Assembly: GCA_963536065.1 (NCBI GenBank)
Contig: CAUSYU010000001.1
Span: 1-61,667, forward strand
DNA: 61,667 nt
Source of the DNA: an uncultured Candidatus Saccharibacteria bacterium
GTDB taxonomy: Bacteria; Patescibacteriota; Saccharimonadia; Saccharimonadales; Saccharimonadaceae
Reading direction: 5' to 3'
Part shown: piece by piece, positions 59,685-61,667 of the stretch
Layout of the letters: the number at the start of each line of letters is the position of its first letter
Numbering within the stretch: the first letter of the stretch is position 1
Notes under the pieces: generated by a model
Databases searched by the model: none
What the model saw: the letters and a program-made list of their open reading frames with translations, nothing else
What the model was told of the DNA's origin: nothing
Translations under genes and position numbers: made by a program

Positions 59685-60509
59685 ATGACGAAGGGTAAAA
59701 GCAAAAGGACTAACAAATCACGCATAAATAATAAAAAAGCCCGGCGAGTTATTTTAATTATTCTGTCGTCGATAGTTGTGATAATGACGGTAGTGTATAT
59801 CGTAGGTGGAATTATAGTAGATAGAGAAATTAATAAACGTTCGGTTAGCGATACGACCGAGCAGGCTAATATAATTAGCTATCTAAAAAACAAATACAAT
59901 CAAGATTTTGATGTAGAAAAGCCTAGTTGCGATGGCGGTGCTTTTGGTATTTCTTGCGTATGGTCTACTAACGCCTACCCTAAATCAGATAAAAGTATAA
60001 AGATACATGTTTCTCGGGTAGACAACCAGACAAAATATAGCGATGACTATGTAGTAAGGACTTGGCAAAAAGAACAAACTGCCAAAATTCAGCCCAAAGT
60101 CAGAGAAATATTTAAAGACATGCCCGTTGATGTCAAAGTTAGACTAGGCGTAATAGATCCGGACGTAGAGCGTACCTTCACTCTGAAAAAGCCAACTTTT
60201 GAGGAGGTGTTTTTGGCTGAAAATAAAGTCGGGCAGCGTGGCAATTTAGCTTATGGATTAAATTTTAAGTATGATGGTGACATTAAAGACGAGAGTCGTT
60301 TTGCTAGTGGCATACACGAGATGATGGAGTATGCGAAAAACGTGGGAGTGAGCCCTAAAGATATATCTGTAAATATATACTTATCGAAGAATGGCAAGCT
60401 TATTTCAAGAGAATATTGTAATAGAGATAAGTTGTCATCAATTAATGAGATAAAAGGTTGTATTGATACGTCAAAAAATATGCCAGTAGAGGAGGGCGAT
60501 AGATGGTAA
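59685..60509 (+). CDS. Membrane-anchored hypothetical protein, paralogue 3
   Basis: YLKNKYNQDFDVEKPSCDGGAFGISCVW. Confidence 0.8.
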   Translation: MTKGKSKRTNKSRINNKKARRVILIILSSIVVIMTVVYIVGGIIVDREINKRSVSDTTEQANIISYLKNKYNQDFDVEKPSCDGGAFGISCVWSTNAYPKSDKSIKIHVSRVDNQTKYSDDYVVRTWQKEQTAKIQPKVREIFKDMPVDVKVRLGVIDPDVERTFTLKKPTFEEVFLAENKVGQRGNLAYGLNFKYDGDIKDESRFASGIHEMMEYAKNVGVSPKDISVNIYLSKNGKLISREYCNRDKLSSINEIKGCIDTSKNMPVEEGDRW

Positions 60510-60604
60510 AAACCATTGAGTACTTAAGTTTGTCGGCATTAGCTTATGCTGATTTTAAAAAATCTGATGCTGGATTAACTCTAGACGACAACATAAAAGC
60601 TTGA
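60503..60604 (+). pseudogene. Truncated N-terminal gene stub (MVKTIEYLSLSALAYADFKK...)
   Basis: GGAGGG RBS, overlaps the stop of paralogue 3, ends after 33 codons. Confidence 0.5.
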
Positions 60605-60673
60605 CTAGATGATATTAGACCCCAGATAACACAACCATTTCCATCACTGTTATTTCGTGATATAATTTTAAAA

Positions 60674-61667
60674 ATGAGTAAACCTATTTTTAAACGTACC
60701 AAGATTTTGGCAACAATTGGTCCTGCAACCATGAGCCAGGAAAAAGTATCGGAGCTGATGGCCGCTGGCGCCAACGGTTTCCGTCTTAATTTTAGCCACG
60801 GTAGCTACGAAGAGCGCACGCAGCAGATTGAGTGGATTCGTACCGCCAGTCGTGAGCAAGACAAGCCAGTTGCGATCTTGCAAGACTTGCAAGGTCCAAA
60901 AATTCGTCTGGGCATTTTGAAAGACAACATGCTGGAAGTGAAAACTGGCGATATGTTGGTGCTGGATTCGGAAATTGCTGAGCATGACGGAAGCTTCAAT
61001 CTTCCAGTGCAGTACAACTTGGCCAGCAAGATGAAAGTTGGCGAACCACTGTACATGTTTGACGGTAAAATTCGTTCAATTGTGCGCGAAATCGTCAGCG
61101 AAACTGCCATCAAGGTTGAGATTCAGAATGACGGCTTTTTGATGAGCCGAAAAGGTTTGAATTTGCCTGATACTGATTTTGGTGGTGATATTTTGACCCA
61201 GAAGGACCTAGAAGACATTGAGTGGGGGGCTAGCCGAGACTTTGATTATGTTTCTTTGAGCTTTGTGCAGTCAGCATCTGACATTGTTGATTTGCGGCAG
61301 CGTTTGCTGACGTTTGGTTCTGAAGCGCAGATCATCGCCAAGATTGAGACAAAATCTGCCATCTCTCCAGAAAACTTGGAAAAAATCGTGCAGTTGAGTG
61401 ATGGTGTCATGGTGGCGCGAGGAGACTTGGCGGTGGAAGCTGGCGCTGAGATTGTGCCAGTCGTGCAGCGACGGATTATCACATTGTGTCGCAAGCACGG
61501 CAAGATGGTGATCGTAGCAACTCAGATGATGGGTAGCATGGTTGACAATCCTGAGCCAAGCCGCGCTGAAGTGAGCGATGTGGCAAACGCGGTCATCCAG
61601 GGTGCTGACGTAGTGATGTTGTCTGATGAGACTGCCAATGGTAAATACCCAATTGAAGCGGTTGATT
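60674..61667 (+). CDS. pyk: Pyruvate kinase (runs off the window end)
   Basis: KRTKILATIGP, RLNFSHG, DLQGPKIR, IIAKIET, MVARGDLAVE, ATQMMGSM, VMLSDETA. Confidence 0.96.
   Translation, partial: MSKPIFKRTKILATIGPATMSQEKVSELMAAGANGFRLNFSHGSYEERTQQIEWIRTASREQDKPVAILQDLQGPKIRLGILKDNMLEVKTGDMLVLDSEIAEHDGSFNLPVQYNLASKMKVGEPLYMFDGKIRSIVREIVSETAIKVEIQNDGFLMSRKGLNLPDTDFGGDILTQKDLEDIEWGASRDFDYVSLSFVQSASDIVDLRQRLLTFGSEAQIIAKIETKSAISPENLEKIVQLSDGVMVARGDLAVEAGAEIVPVVQRRIITLCRKHGKMVIVATQMMGSMVDNPEPSRAEVSDVANAVIQGADVVMLSDETANGKYPIEAVD

Larger units (their letters stand above)
57229..60604. other. AT-rich variable island of paralogous membrane-anchored genes between tRNA-Glu and pyk
   Basis: Visibly AT-rich, ATA/AGA/TTA-rich codons, three paralogues, repeated leaders, gene stubs. 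Confidence 0.75.

Noticed and set aside
57097..60660. Island as an integrase-mobilised element or prophage at tRNA-Glu
   Set aside because: No integrase or transposase, and no duplicated tRNA 3' end seen at the right boundary.

Overview
This is a bacterial chromosomal window read with genetic code 11. Gene content and style point to Saccharibacteria (TM7, CPR/Patescibacteria): compact genes, type IV pilus clusters, MurT/GatD, HTH-MurA, shortened HrcA/TsaB and a membrane-anchored Clp ATPase. This assignment is an inference. Housekeeping genes include the C-terminal half of lepA, gmk, hrcA-grpE/dnaK/dnaJ with four CIRCE operators, comEC, yebC, ruvCAB, recA/recX, pilBCMNO plus five pilins, tsaEB, rny, murT/gatD, murB, murA, glyA, glgP, folD, a two-component pair, partial pyk and 9 tRNAs. 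Single accessory genes are interleaved among them. Main observations: (i) LepA appears split, with its C-terminal half under its own promoter. (ii) About 20 genes have a -10 box 6-8 nt before the start codon and no Shine-Dalgarno, suggesting leaderless mRNAs. (iii) Two modular 7-bladed propeller surface proteins share a YLADTG sortase-like signal. (iv) Two orphan proteins share a putative C-terminal export motif. (v) A perfect palindrome overlaps the HTH-MurA promoter. (vi) An AT-rich array of paralogous immunity-like cassettes with truncated toxin-like stubs lies next to tRNA-Glu. No CRISPR array, rRNA, integrase or transposase was seen. All calls come from motif recognition by eye; no database search was run.
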